NCBI GenBank assembly: GCA_964505035.1
Contig: CAZDGK010000001.1
Location: 12,270 to 76,269 of the forward strand
Length of the DNA: 64,000 nt
Origin: an uncultured Candidatus Saccharimonadales bacterium
GTDB lineage: Bacteria; Patescibacteriota; Saccharimonadia; UBA4664
Reading direction: 5' to 3'
This document shows, piece by piece, positions 7,904 to 19,137 of this stretch. Each line of letters starts with the position of its first letter. The first letter of the stretch is position 1. The notes under the pieces are model-generated. The model saw only the letters and a program-made list of their open reading frames with translations. It searched no databases and was not told the DNA's origin. Both the position numbers and the translations under genes were made by a program.

Positions 7904-9958
7904 ATGGCCAATGAACGCTTCATGGATATCACCCCGCCAACCAGCAGCCAGCCGCTGCCGGGCGCTCAGGTATTGCCCGACCAGCCACCCACCTGGCCAG
8001 GTCTCGCGACCGTCCCGACGCCGCCGCCGAGCTTGCCGCCCCGCCGAGGGCTGTCGCTCAAGACCATCGTGCTGATTGCCGGCGCGGTCGTGGTGGCTGG
8101 CGGCACCGTCGCCGCTATCCTGCTGCGCGCCAACCGGCCCACCTCCACACAGGCCGGCGACTTCAAGTCCGTCCAGCTGTCACTGGCCGATCTCGCCTCC
8201 AATCCCGGCGCGACCGGCCTGATTGGCGCTAGCCTGCAGGTCAATGGCCGGCTCAACCTGTCCGACTCAGTCGTCTTTAACCCCTCCACCCAGCCCACTT
8301 CTCCCGTCGCCGGTCAGCTCTACTACGACCAGACCGCCAACCAGCTGGCGTTTTACAATGGCCAGGGCTACCTCAACCTGGGCGCCACCACCAACAACAC
8401 CACCAACGTCACCAATGTGCTGACCGGCGGCGGCGCTGGCGTCAAACTGCAGGCTACCACCCCCGGCACGCCTCAAACCGGCCACCTGGCCATCACCGGC
8501 ACTGCCATCGTCGGCACGCTTAGCACCAATATCATCGACGGGGGAACCGCCAAGCCGCTCTTCCTGAACCCCGTCTCCGTCAGCACTGCGCCCACCCCCG
8601 CTGGCATCCCGGTGCACATCGGCCTGGATGTACCCGGCGCCACCACCGAGGCCAGCCCCGGTTGGCAAGACGGTATGAATGCCCAGAAAGTCACCATGGG
8701 CGCCGACGGCGGCAAACTCCAGTCCATGAGCGTTATGTACGTGGGCGGCGCGCCCACCGACCACGTCCAGTTTGCCGTCTACGATGACGACGGCGACGTC
8801 CCCAGCAAACCCGGCAGCCGCCTCGCCGCCAGCGCCATCGTTAGTCTGGTGCCCGACGGCTGGGCCACCGCCACACTGCCGTCCATCACCCTCAGCCCCA
8901 ACACCACCTACTGGCTAGCCGTCAACACCGACTCCACCACCGCCCGTCGCACCGTCAACGGCGGCGCCCAGAATTATTGCTACGTCTTCAAGCCCTTTGG
9001 CGCCATGCCCGACCCGTTTAGTGCACCTGGCTGCTTTGGCGGCGACCTGACCTACCCGCTCTACGCCACCTACACCACCCTCGGCGGCACAGCCGGCGCT
9101 ATCAACCAGGCCCAAATGACCCTCGACCCGGCCAGCGGCGTGCTTATCCGCAACCCCATCGACAACGACACCGCTTTCCAAATCCAGAACTCGCTCGGCT
9201 CCAGCACCATCTTTAACGTCGATGTCGCCAATGGCCGCGTCGCCATTGGCAAGCTCAATGCCAGCTACAAACTCGACATCTCCGGCGGCGATGCCAACCT
9301 ATCGCTCAGCCGCTCCCTGCGCTTTGGCGGCCAGCAAACCCTCACCGTCACCAATACCGGCATTACCGCCCTCACCAACCTCAGCGGGGGCGGCACCGTG
9401 CGCGTTCAGGGCGACAGCTTCTCCGTCCAGGACCGCAGCGCCACCCACGCCAACCTCACCATCAATAACCTGACCGGCGCCACCACCTTCTCCAACGTCA
9501 GTGATTCCACCGGCGCCTTCCAGGTTCAAAACGCCGGCAGCACCACCGTCTTTAACGTCGACACCACCAATGCCGTCGTCACGGTCACCACCCTCGTCAC
9601 CGGCAACATCACGGTAAACGGCCATCTCATCACCGGTGGCACAGCGCCCGGCATTGCCGCCGGCGCCGCCGCCTGCACCACCCCCACCGTCAGCCTCATC
9701 GGCACCGATACCGCCGGCAGCATCACCATCACCACCGGCACTGGTTGTGCGGCCAGTGGCACGCTAGCCACCATCACCTTTGCCGCCGCCTTTGGGGCTG
9801 CCCCGCACATCGTGACCACTCCCGGCAATGCTGCCGCCCTGGCTCTCGGCGCCTACATCGACAACGCTACCGTCTCGACCACCAGCTTCAAGATCGCCAC
9901 CGGGACCACGCCTTCCAGCACCACGAGTTACCAATGGAATTACCTCGTCGCCCAGTAA
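7904..9958 (+). CDS. Large surface protein with a Pro-rich N-terminus, a single TM anchor, a Thr/Asn-rich body and tail-fibre-like beta repeats. It is a paralogue of 28986..30635.
   Basis: TM helix 'LKTIVLIAGAVVVAGGTVAAILL'. Repeats 'AFQIQNSLGSSTIFNVDVANGRVAIG' and 'AFQVQNAGSTTVFNVDTTNAVVTV'. A domain 'TYWLAVNTDSTT' is shared with the 28986 protein. Confidence 0.6.
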   Translation: MANERFMDITPPTSSQPLPGAQVLPDQPPTWPGLATVPTPPPSLPPRRGLSLKTIVLIAGAVVVAGGTVAAILLRANRPTSTQAGDFKSVQLSLADLASNPGATGLIGASLQVNGRLNLSDSVVFNPSTQPTSPVAGQLYYDQTANQLAFYNGQGYLNLGATTNNTTNVTNVLTGGGAGVKLQATTPGTPQTGHLAITGTAIVGTLSTNIIDGGTAKPLFLNPVSVSTAPTPAGIPVHIGLDVPGATTEASPGWQDGMNAQKVTMGADGGKLQSMSVMYVGGAPTDHVQFAVYDDDGDVPSKPGSRLAASAIVSLVPDGWATATLPSITLSPNTTYWLAVNTDSTTARRTVNGGAQNYCYVFKPFGAMPDPFSAPGCFGGDLTYPLYATYTTLGGTAGAINQAQMTLDPASGVLIRNPIDNDTAFQIQNSLGSSTIFNVDVANGRVAIGKLNASYKLDISGGDANLSLSRSLRFGGQQTLTVTNTGITALTNLSGGGTVRVQGDSFSVQDRSATHANLTINNLTGATTFSNVSDSTGAFQVQNAGSTTVFNVDTTNAVVTVTTLVTGNITVNGHLITGGTAPGIAAGAAACTTPTVSLIGTDTAGSITITTGTGCAASGTLATITFAAAFGAAPHIVTTPGNAAALALGAYIDNATVSTTSFKIATGTTPSSTTSYQWNYLVAQ

Positions 9959-10018
9959 TCTGATACGATGGTCCAGACAATAATAATTGTCACAGCCTAG
10001 ACCGAAAGGCGTGTATCC

Positions 10019-10519
10019 GTGTTGCCAACATCAGAACCAACACTCGTATCTGTTGCCAGAATCCCTAATGTGGCAATTGTCACCAAGGATCTGCTAACAG
10101 CCCATCAGCGACTCATGGCCACTTACGACCCAAGCAACCCGCCCAAGGTAGTCAATCTAAGGCAGATGATCCGCGATCCCAACACTGTCATGTTGGTGGC
10201 TATCGCCGGACCACAACCCAAAGGACGAGCCGCCTGGGTTACCCTAAAAGGAGCCGACATTGTCGGCAGCCTGACGCTTATCATCAACCGGACGCTCACC
10301 CAAACCGTGGGCTTCATACCGCACGTAGTGGTCGATCCAGCTCGCCAAAACGAGGGGATTGGCACCATGCTGGTTCGGGAAGCCCTCAGGGAGAGCAGGG
10401 GACGCGGCGTCACCAGAGTTGAGCTAACCTCGGGCCGAGATAAGCCAGCCGCCAATCACGTCTACGCCAAACTGGGGTTTCAGTTGCACGAAACCAACAA
10501 CTGGCGCTACATCCTGTAG
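10019..10519 (+). CDS. GNAT-family N-acetyltransferase.
   Basis: 'VVVDPARQNEGIGTMLVREAL...AKLGF' matches the acetyl-CoA-binding motif A. Confidence 0.7.
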   Translation: MLPTSEPTLVSVARIPNVAIVTKDLLTAHQRLMATYDPSNPPKVVNLRQMIRDPNTVMLVAIAGPQPKGRAAWVTLKGADIVGSLTLIINRTLTQTVGFIPHVVVDPARQNEGIGTMLVREALRESRGRGVTRVELTSGRDKPAANHVYAKLGFQLHETNNWRYIL

Positions 10520-10589
10520 CCCATCAGCTCAACATTACCGGCCGGGCACCCTTGCGTGCTCGGCCGCTACCTTTAAGGCCTCAAGGCCG

Positions 10590-11126
10590 TCAGATCTCCA
10601 GCTCGGTGCAGCTACCAGGCTCCACCTCGAGCTTCCAAGTCTCCTCGTTGGACATCCCGCGCACCACAGCCAGTATCGAGTACACCACCCACTGCGATGT
10701 CACCACCAGCACAGCGTCATAGGACCGGGTACGCAATTCATCAATAAAACTACCCGCACGTACCTTGATGTCCTCAATCGACTCACCGCCGTTGAAGCGG
10801 GCCGTCCAGCGATTCGGCGCCGCCTCGAGCGCGTCCTTGAGCTCCTTGAATGGCCGGCCCTCAAACCCAGAGCGATGCTCATCCAGCCGCCGGTCAATCT
10901 CAATGGGCAGGTGATGAAACTGGTTAATAATCTCGGCCGTCTGCCGCGTTCGCTTCAGTTCTGACGCCATGATCCTGTCCAGCTGCACATCCTTTAGCCG
11001 CCTAGCCACAGCTTCAGCCTGCTCAATACCCACTGCCGTCAGGTGTACATCCACCGCCGGGTCGTAGTTGCATATATGCAGGTCGTTATAATTGGTGCGG
11101 CCGTGCCGGACCAGATAGAGTTTCAT
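10590..11126 (-). CDS. Histidine phosphatase (phosphoglycerate-mutase-like) family protein.
   Basis: 'MKLYLVRHGRTNYN' RHG motif. ATG at 11124-11126. Confidence 0.75.
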   Translation of the reverse strand: MKLYLVRHGRTNYNDLHICNYDPAVDVHLTAVGIEQAEAVARRLKDVQLDRIMASELKRTRQTAEIINQFHHLPIEIDRRLDEHRSGFEGRPFKELKDALEAAPNRWTARFNGGESIEDIKVRAGSFIDELRTRSYDAVLVVTSQWVVYSILAVVRGMSNEETWKLEVEPGSCTELEI

Positions 11127-11187
11127 AGCTTCATCATAGCGGCTCCCACTGCACAGCACCACCTAGGCAAACTGCTACAATAGCTCT

Positions 11188-11679
11188 ATGAGCAATTGGT
11201 ACCGTCCAACTACCGGCATCGACAAGCTGTTTGAAGGCGGCCTCATCATCAAAGGTTTCACTGGTCTGCTGGAGTTCTCCGCTGGCTTGGCGCTCGTGTT
11301 TGTGCGGCCCGACACCATTAGTCGGTTCGTCGCCACGCTCACTCAGCCCGAGCTAGCCGAGGACCCTCGCGATCGTCTCGTGCACTACCTCATGCAGTCG
11401 GTGCGCGAGCTAGGCGGCACCAGCCGGGCGTTTCTCATCGCCTACCTCTGGGTACATGCTGCCGTCAAGCTCATTGCCGTCATTGGCCTGCTCCGCAACC
11501 ACCTCTGGGCCTATCCGTTTTCGCTCATTACGCTCGGCCTGCTGATGCTCTACCAGGTCTATAGCATCATCTTCGTTAGCCCGTCCTTACTGATGATTGG
11601 CCTCACCTTGTTTGACGTCGTCGTGCTCTGGCTCATCTGGCATGAGTACGGCATTATGCGTCTCCGCCTCAAGCCATAA
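11188..11679 (+). CDS. Small integral membrane protein with four predicted TM helices.
   Basis: Hydrophobic profile. 163 aa. Confidence 0.5.
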   Translation: MSNWYRPTTGIDKLFEGGLIIKGFTGLLEFSAGLALVFVRPDTISRFVATLTQPELAEDPRDRLVHYLMQSVRELGGTSRAFLIAYLWVHAAVKLIAVIGLLRNHLWAYPFSLITLGLLMLYQVYSIIFVSPSLLMIGLTLFDVVVLWLIWHEYGIMRLRLKP

Positions 11680-11719
11680 CTCTTGTGCTTACACCAATCC
11701 GCCAGCTATCATTGAGCTA

Positions 11720-12484
11720 ATGCTCAAGACATTACTCCGCATCCGCATCAGCCTCATCAGCGCGCTGCTGCTCTGCCTGTTTGGCGCAGTCGTGCTCTTC
11801 TTGCCTCAGATGAAGCTCACCGCCGGCCAATTGGCCCTCTTCTCCGTCAACTCATTCCTCTTCGGCTACTATTTCGCACCACTCCTCTCGGCGCAGAAGT
11901 CACGAGTCGCCGCCCTCATTACCACCATCCGCCAGGAGCAAATGGTCATCCTCGACGTCCTCACCCAGTCACACTTGCTCAGTGATCGCATCCGCCATCA
12001 GCTCAAGATCCGGCTGCGCGTCTATCTCGAGAGCATTCTGGCCAACGACAAAGTCAGTGCCGACAACCGCTTCTACGACGAGCTGCTCTATTTCATCAAG
12101 CAGGTCAAGGGCGAGGACGCTGGGGTAGCAGGCACCATCTATGACCGCATCTGCAAAACCCAGGCCAACCGTGACGCCATGAACAACCTCTTCGCCGCCA
12201 AGGTTTACAGCCACGAATGGCTAGTCGCCACGGTACTATGGGGCATCACCTTATTTTTTGCCCTCCAGACCGATTATGGCCACAATCCGTTCTTCGGATT
12301 AATGCTTGTGATTCTCGCTACCGGCCTCACTCTGCTCATGGTAATCATGGTCAAGTTTGCCACGCTCACACACAAGGAGGCCAAGCGCATGTGGCAGCCA
12401 CTGCGTGACCTGCTCAAAAATCATTTCGAGGATGTCACAGCCGACGAAGTCCAGGCCATGCGTCATCGCATCAACCAAGCTTAG
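11720..12484 (+). CDS. Membrane protein of unknown function.
   Basis: Internal ATG at 11720, chosen to avoid overlap with the preceding gene. TM helices near the N-terminus and C-terminus. Confidence 0.5.
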   Translation: MLKTLLRIRISLISALLLCLFGAVVLFLPQMKLTAGQLALFSVNSFLFGYYFAPLLSAQKSRVAALITTIRQEQMVILDVLTQSHLLSDRIRHQLKIRLRVYLESILANDKVSADNRFYDELLYFIKQVKGEDAGVAGTIYDRICKTQANRDAMNNLFAAKVYSHEWLVATVLWGITLFFALQTDYGHNPFFGLMLVILATGLTLLMVIMVKFATLTHKEAKRMWQPLRDLLKNHFEDVTADEVQAMRHRINQA

Positions 12485-12534
12485 TTAGCCCACAACCGGC
12501 CAGCGCGGCGCTTTAAGTTGCTATAATAGCTGGT

Positions 12535-12660
12535 ATGAATGTTGTGCATAGCCTGCTTACGCTAATCGTCAGCTTTTTCGACACCCTCATTACCTTGCTC
12601 AAGGCTTTTCTGGATGCGCTACAGAGCTTGTTGCACGGCTTAGTCAACTTGGTGCCGTAG
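12535..12660 (+). CDS. Candidate 41-aa hydrophobic or amphipathic small protein (leaderless). It was not in the ORF track because of its size.
   Basis: Extended -10 TGCTATAAT at 12520-12528 and ATG at 12535. Peptide 'MNVVHSLLTLIVSFFDTLITLLKAFLDALQSLLHGLVNLVP'. GC is lower than surrounding genes. Confidence 0.25.
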   Translation: MNVVHSLLTLIVSFFDTLITLLKAFLDALQSLLHGLVNLVP

Positions 12661-12677
12661 CCAGGCAGGCGACAGAC

Positions 12678-14485
<1,808 letters not shown>

Positions 14486-15343
14486 CTAGGCTCCTGCTTG
14501 GTTAATGGCTTCCGCGCCGCCGGTAATCTCGGCCAGCGACTGCGTAATCGCGGCCTGTCGCGCATCGTTGAGCGTCAATGTCAGGTCAGCCACCAGCTCC
14601 TTGGCGTTGTCGGTCGCGCTCATCATCGCCAGCATGCGGGCCGCCTGCTCACTAGCCCGGGCGTCCAGCACAGACTGCAGCAGTAGCGCCTCGAGCATCC
14701 GCCGGGTCGCAAAGTCCACCAGACGCGTCGGCCCCGGCTCCATTGTCTGCTCGTAGGGAGCCGCCGGCGTCGGCACGACCGGCAGGAGCTGCTGCACTTG
14801 CACATCCTGCCGCACCGTGTTCACAAACTGTGTCGACACCAGCTGTACACTATCAGCCGAGCCGTTCAGAAACAATTCCACAGCCTCATTGAGGATCGGC
14901 TGAGCCAGACCCGTCACGGCATCATGACCATCGATGTCGTAGGCCGCTACCTCTTCCACATCAGTCAGCCGGGCCACATGCAGCGCCGCCCGCCGCCCCA
15001 CGCAAATAGCCGACGCCACTACGCGCATCCCGGCTAGCCGCTGCGACAGCGCCCGCAGCACTTTGCTGTTGTATGCTCCAGCCAGACCTCGGTCGCCCGA
15101 CACGACGATCATCAATGCCCGGCGCACTGGCCGCACCTGGTACAGCTTTTGCTCAGCTAGGCCGTCCGTGCTCTGGAGGCTACTGAGCAGGGCCTTCATG
15201 CCCGCCGTATAGTCCCGCGCGGTCACAGCCGCGGCTTGTGCCCGGCGCAGCTTACTGGCCGCCACCAGCTGCATGGCCTTCGTGATCTGCCGGGTGCTAT
15301 TGACCGACCGAATCCGGTGCTTGATGGCCTGAAGCGTCGCCAC
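14486..15343 (-). CDS. atpG: F1 ATP synthase gamma subunit.
   Basis: N-terminus 'MATLQAIKHRIRSVNSTRQITKAMQLVAASKLRRAQ' is typical of gamma. Confidence 0.85.
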   Translation of the reverse strand: MATLQAIKHRIRSVNSTRQITKAMQLVAASKLRRAQAAAVTARDYTAGMKALLSSLQSTDGLAEQKLYQVRPVRRALMIVVSGDRGLAGAYNSKVLRALSQRLAGMRVVASAICVGRRAALHVARLTDVEEVAAYDIDGHDAVTGLAQPILNEAVELFLNGSADSVQLVSTQFVNTVRQDVQVQQLLPVVPTPAAPYEQTMEPGPTRLVDFATRRMLEALLLQSVLDARASEQAARMLAMMSATDNAKELVADLTLTLNDARQAAITQSLAEITGGAEAINQAGA

Positions 15344-16884
15344 TACTGTGCCTCCTCCTCAGTAGCAAAAGTCTTGGCGATACCTTTGGCCGCCTCGACC
15401 ACCGCCTCAATCTGCTCAGGCGTCGCCTTAGTACCACTCTGCAGGCTCTCAACCAGCTTGGCATGATGCTTACGCACGGTAGCAATCAGCTCCTGCATAG
15501 CCGGTGCCACCTGCTCGTGGGGTAGATTATCAAACGTCCCGCCAGTAGCAGCCAGCAGCACAATGATCTGATCTACCGTCCCGACCGGCTCAAACTGCTT
15601 CTGCTTCAATACCTCGGTCAGTAGCCGGCCGCGCGTAATCCGAGCCTTTGTATCATCATCCAGGTCGCTGCCAAACTGGGCAAACGCCGCCAGTTCGCGA
15701 AATTGCGCCAAATCCAGCCGCAATGTCCCCGCCACCGCCTTGAGCGCCTTGCTCTGAGCCTCGCCGCCCACCCGGCTAACACTCGCACCCACCGAAATCG
15801 CCGGCCGGATGCCTTGGTGAAACAGATTTGACTCGAGGAAAATCTGGCCGTCCGTAATCGAGATGACGTTGGTCGGAATGTACGCGCTAATGTCCCCGGC
15901 TTGCGTCTCGATGATTGGCAGGGCAGTCAGCGAGCCGGCACCCAGCTCGTCGCTGAGCTTGGCCGATCGCTCCAGCAATCGCGAGTGGAGGTAGAACACA
16001 TCACCCGGGTAGGCCTCACGGCCCGGCGGCCGGCGCAGCAGCAATGACAGCTGACGGTAGGCCACCGCATGCTTACTCAGATCATCATACACAATCAACG
16101 CGTGCTGCTTGTTGTCCCGGAACCACTCGCCAATAGCCGTCCCAGCATACGGCGCCAGATAGAGTAGGGAAGCCGGATCAGCCGGGCTGGTCGCCACCAC
16201 AATCGTCTGGTCCATTACACCCTCAGCCTTCAGCCGGTCCACCAACGCTGCTACCTTGCTCAGTCTCTGTCCGACCGCTACGTAGATATTAATGACACCG
16301 GTCTTCTCGCGCAGCTGGTTGATCATGGTGTCCACGGCCAAGGCTGTCTTGCCCGTCTGCCGGTCGCCAATAATCAGCTCGCGCTGGCCACGGCCAATCG
16401 GCGTCAGGGCATCAACCGCCGTAATGCCCGTCGGCAACGGCTCGTGCACACTGCGGCGCTCAATCACACCAGGCGCCCGGCGCTCCATCGGACCAAACGC
16501 ACTGGTCTTGGCCGGCCCCAGACCATCCAGCGGCCGCCCCAATGGGTCTACCACCCGCCCCACTAGCTCCGGGCCCACCGGCACCTGCAGCGCCCGACCG
16601 GTGAGCTTCACTTGGTCGCCAGCCCGCACCTGGTCTTCGCCAGCGAGCAGCACCGCGCCAATCTCATCCTCGCCCAGATTCAGCACAAACGCCTGCACCA
16701 CACCACCGGCCGTCTGCAGCTCGACAATTTCGCCAAAGCCACAATTGGCCAGACCGTACACCCACGCCACGCCGTCCCCAATCCGGGTCACGACGCCCGT
16801 CTGCTCCAGACCCTCTGTCTGCCGCAGACCAGCAATGGCTTCCTGCAGCTCCTGCGTCAGTTCGTTCACGTTCAGATTAGCCAT
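15343..16884 (-). CDS. atpA: F1 ATP synthase alpha subunit.
   Basis: P-loop 'GDRQTGKT'. ATG at 16882-16884. The ORF track extends to 16935 from an upstream alternative start. Confidence 0.95.
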   Translation of the reverse strand: MANLNVNELTQELQEAIAGLRQTEGLEQTGVVTRIGDGVAWVYGLANCGFGEIVELQTAGGVVQAFVLNLGEDEIGAVLLAGEDQVRAGDQVKLTGRALQVPVGPELVGRVVDPLGRPLDGLGPAKTSAFGPMERRAPGVIERRSVHEPLPTGITAVDALTPIGRGQRELIIGDRQTGKTALAVDTMINQLREKTGVINIYVAVGQRLSKVAALVDRLKAEGVMDQTIVVATSPADPASLLYLAPYAGTAIGEWFRDNKQHALIVYDDLSKHAVAYRQLSLLLRRPPGREAYPGDVFYLHSRLLERSAKLSDELGAGSLTALPIIETQAGDISAYIPTNVISITDGQIFLESNLFHQGIRPAISVGASVSRVGGEAQSKALKAVAGTLRLDLAQFRELAAFAQFGSDLDDDTKARITRGRLLTEVLKQKQFEPVGTVDQIIVLLAATGGTFDNLPHEQVAPAMQELIATVRKHHAKLVESLQSGTKATPEQIEAVVEAAKGIAKTFATEEEAQ

Positions 16885-17269
16885 GCCGCACTCCTTCCAC
16901 CATCCGCGCCAAGCGGTGGCGCACCGTCGCGTCAAGCCCGGCCGTGGCCGTCTGGATGCTCACGCCGCCAATCACTTCCGGCGCCACTTGCTCGGCTAAT
17001 TCCAATTCGTTAGCACCCGTATCCCGCCGCAGCAGCACCTCAACCGCCTGGCGACCGGCAGCACTCAGCGGCTGTGCGCTCGTTACCCGAGCCGCCACAT
17101 AACCCCTCGCTGCCAGCTCGGCCGCCACATCCTGTGCCAGGTACACGGCCTGCCGGGCCCGCCGGCGCTCAGCCAGCCACCCGGCCGCCGCCTTTATCGC
17201 GGCATCGCGGTCTGGCGTGCCCAAACGATCAGCCAAAAACGTTGCCACGCGTGCCCGGGCCGACATCAC
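16877..17269 (-). CDS. atpH: ATP synthase delta (OSCP) subunit, unusually short at 130 aa.
   Basis: Position between atpF and atpA. C-terminal 'VIGGVSIQ' region is delta-like. 8-nt overlap with atpA. Confidence 0.55.
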   Translation of the reverse strand: MMSARARVATFLADRLGTPDRDAAIKAAAGWLAERRRARQAVYLAQDVAAELAARGYVAARVTSAQPLSAAGRQAVEVLLRRDTGANELELAEQVAPEVIGGVSIQTATAGLDATVRHRLARMVEGVRHG

Positions 17270-17760
17270 CGGCCCTCCAGGCTACGAATCAGCAGCGCCT
17301 CATCGTGCTGCTTGTCCAATTTCTCATCGAGCACCACCCCAGCCGCCTCAGCCACCAGCTGCGCAGTCTGGACCTTGAGAGCCTGCTGCGCATTAGCCAC
17401 GTCGCGGTCCAGCTGCTGCCGTGCGTCGCTAATAATGCGGTCGGCCCGGCTCGAGGCCTTGGCTTCCGCGTCCTTTACCAGCTTGGCCGCATCCGCCCGG
17501 GCCGCGTCGAGCAACTCACCAGCCGTGGCCCGCGCCTTCGTAATCGCCCCCGCCGCCGAAGCCTGGGCTTGGCGCATAGCCTTTTCGGCTTCGCGCTTGT
17601 ACCGCTCCGCCGCTTCCAGATCAGCCTGCTTGGTATCAAGCGCCCGCACCAGCGTCGGGTACACAAACCGCGCCATAATCCACACGATAGCCAAAAACGC
17701 CGCGGCGTTGACCGCCAAATTGCGCCAATCTAAACCTAGGGCTGTAAACAGCTGCTCCAA
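17266..17760 (-). CDS. atpF: ATP synthase F0 b subunit.
   Basis: N-terminal TM helix followed by a long charged, Ala-rich helix. Position in the operon. Confidence 0.7.
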   Translation of the reverse strand: MEQLFTALGLDWRNLAVNAAAFLAIVWIMARFVYPTLVRALDTKQADLEAAERYKREAEKAMRQAQASAAGAITKARATAGELLDAARADAAKLVKDAEAKASSRADRIISDARQQLDRDVANAQQALKVQTAQLVAEAAGVVLDEKLDKQHDEALLIRSLEGR

Positions 17761-17767
17761 GAACCCT

Positions 17768-17983
17768 CTACTTCAGGAACTTAATGATTAGTGCCACCAC
17801 CAAGCCAATAATGGCCAGGGCGTCCACAAACGACATGGCCAAAATCATCATCGTGCGGACCTTGCCAAGCGCGTCGGGGTTCCGCCCCACCGCACTCACC
17901 GCCGCCCCGCCGACGATACCCAAACCCACCGCCGCCAAACCGCCAGCGATCGAATACGTCAGACCAAATGCCAATGAATCCAT
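17768..17983 (-). CDS. atpE: ATP synthase F0 c subunit (71 aa).
   Basis: 'GLGIVGGAAVSAVGRNPDA...AMSFVDALAIIGLVVALII' forms the c-subunit hairpin. ATG at 17981-17983 is preceded by a GAGAGGAAAGGA ribosome-binding site (RBS). Confidence 0.85.
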   Translation of the reverse strand: MDSLAFGLTYSIAGGLAAVGLGIVGGAAVSAVGRNPDALGKVRTMMILAMSFVDALAIIGLVVALIIKFLK

Positions 17984-18018
17984 ACGGTTATTCCTTTCCT
18001 CTCTTAGAATACACAATT

Positions 18019-18822
18019 CTAAGCATTAGCGCTTCCTGCCATGACCTCACGCGCTGGCGCCGGCTTAGGCTCAGTCGCCTGATGCGCCGAGCCGAGCGCG
18101 ATGAACACCGTCGTGAGCATAAAGAATACGTAGGCTTGAATGGTGCCGACAAACAGCTCCAGAGCCATAAACGGCACCAGCGTCAGCGGCGCCGCCCAAG
18201 CCGAGATGAAACTCATCACTGCCAGCAGCACCTCGCCACCAAAGATGTTGCCAAACAGCCGCATCGCCAGCGCAATCAGTCGCGAAAACTCCGCCACGAT
18301 ATCCAGCAGACCCTCCATCGCCTTACCGGGGTCATGGAACGGATTGGCAAAGTACCGCCCCAGGTTGCCTCGGAAGCCCAGGCTCCGTATCGCCCAAATC
18401 TGCGCCGTCACCATCGTGATAATGGCTAGCGCAAGGGTAAAGTTAAGATCCGCCGCCAGCCCCCGAAACAACGGCAGCCCGTTCCAAGTCACCGGCCCCA
18501 CAAACGGCAGTAGCTCGATCCAGTTATTAATCAGAATAAAGAAAAACATCGTGATGGCCAGCGGCGCCACCCGCCGAGCCTCTTCCTGCGAGCCCATCGC
18601 CTCCTCCACCGTGCCGAGAAGCAGCTCGAACACCCACAGTACCGCTACCGAAAACCGGTTGTAGCGCTTGGCCGCCACACGCTTGACGGTGTAGGCAAAG
18701 ATGCCAAACACCAGCACAGTCCCTAGCGCCCCCAGCACCATCGAGTTGCGCACCGCCAGCGGCCCGAGGTGAAACACCGGCTCGGCCACCAGCGTGACAT
18801 GCGGCTCAGCCGCCAGCCACAT
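18019..18822 (-). CDS. atpB: ATP synthase F0 a subunit.
   Basis: 'LAMRLFGNIFGGEVLL' carries the conserved Arg. The start is uncertain; the ORF runs to 18903. Confidence 0.8.
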   Translation of the reverse strand: MWLAAEPHVTLVAEPVFHLGPLAVRNSMVLGALGTVLVFGIFAYTVKRVAAKRYNRFSVAVLWVFELLLGTVEEAMGSQEEARRVAPLAITMFFFILINNWIELLPFVGPVTWNGLPLFRGLAADLNFTLALAIITMVTAQIWAIRSLGFRGNLGRYFANPFHDPGKAMEGLLDIVAEFSRLIALAMRLFGNIFGGEVLLAVMSFISAWAAPLTLVPFMALELFVGTIQAYVFFMLTTVFIALGSAHQATEPKPAPAREVMAGSANA

Positions 18823-19073
18823 CACTGCACCCGCCTCAGCTGACGCCGCACCAGCCAAACCGACACGCCCAGTCCCAGCGGCACACTCAAGACCGTCAGC
18901 CACGGCTTCGTCTGCCAGTGCAGGTCAGCCCACAAACCACCCGCGGCTAGCAGAGCCGTCGGCAAAAGCATCCGCCAGCTGGTGTCGCCAAGCGTCCGCA
19001 GCAGCGTAAATACATTATCCAGATTGTCCACGGGGTCAACGCCGGGGCGGCTCGTCTCGGTTGGTTGGCTCAT
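18822..19073 (-). CDS. Small 2-TM protein at the AtpI/AtpZ position of the operon.
   Basis: 83 aa with two hydrophobic helices, directly upstream of atpB on the same strand. Confidence 0.4.
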   Translation of the reverse strand: MSQPTETSRPGVDPVDNLDNVFTLLRTLGDTSWRMLLPTALLAAGGLWADLHWQTKPWLTVLSVPLGLGVSVWLVRRQLRRVQ

Positions 19074-19121
19074 ACGCTCACAGTCTTTCTTACCTCAACC
19101 ATAACAGAAACTAGCCTAGGC

Positions 19122-19130
19122 TGGTATAGT
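19122..19130 (+). promoter_or_regulatory. Extended -10 box (TGGTATAGT) for a leaderless trxB transcript.
   Basis: TGGTATAGT ends 7 nt before the ATG at 19138. Confidence 0.4.
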
Positions 19131-19137
19131 TAATAGT

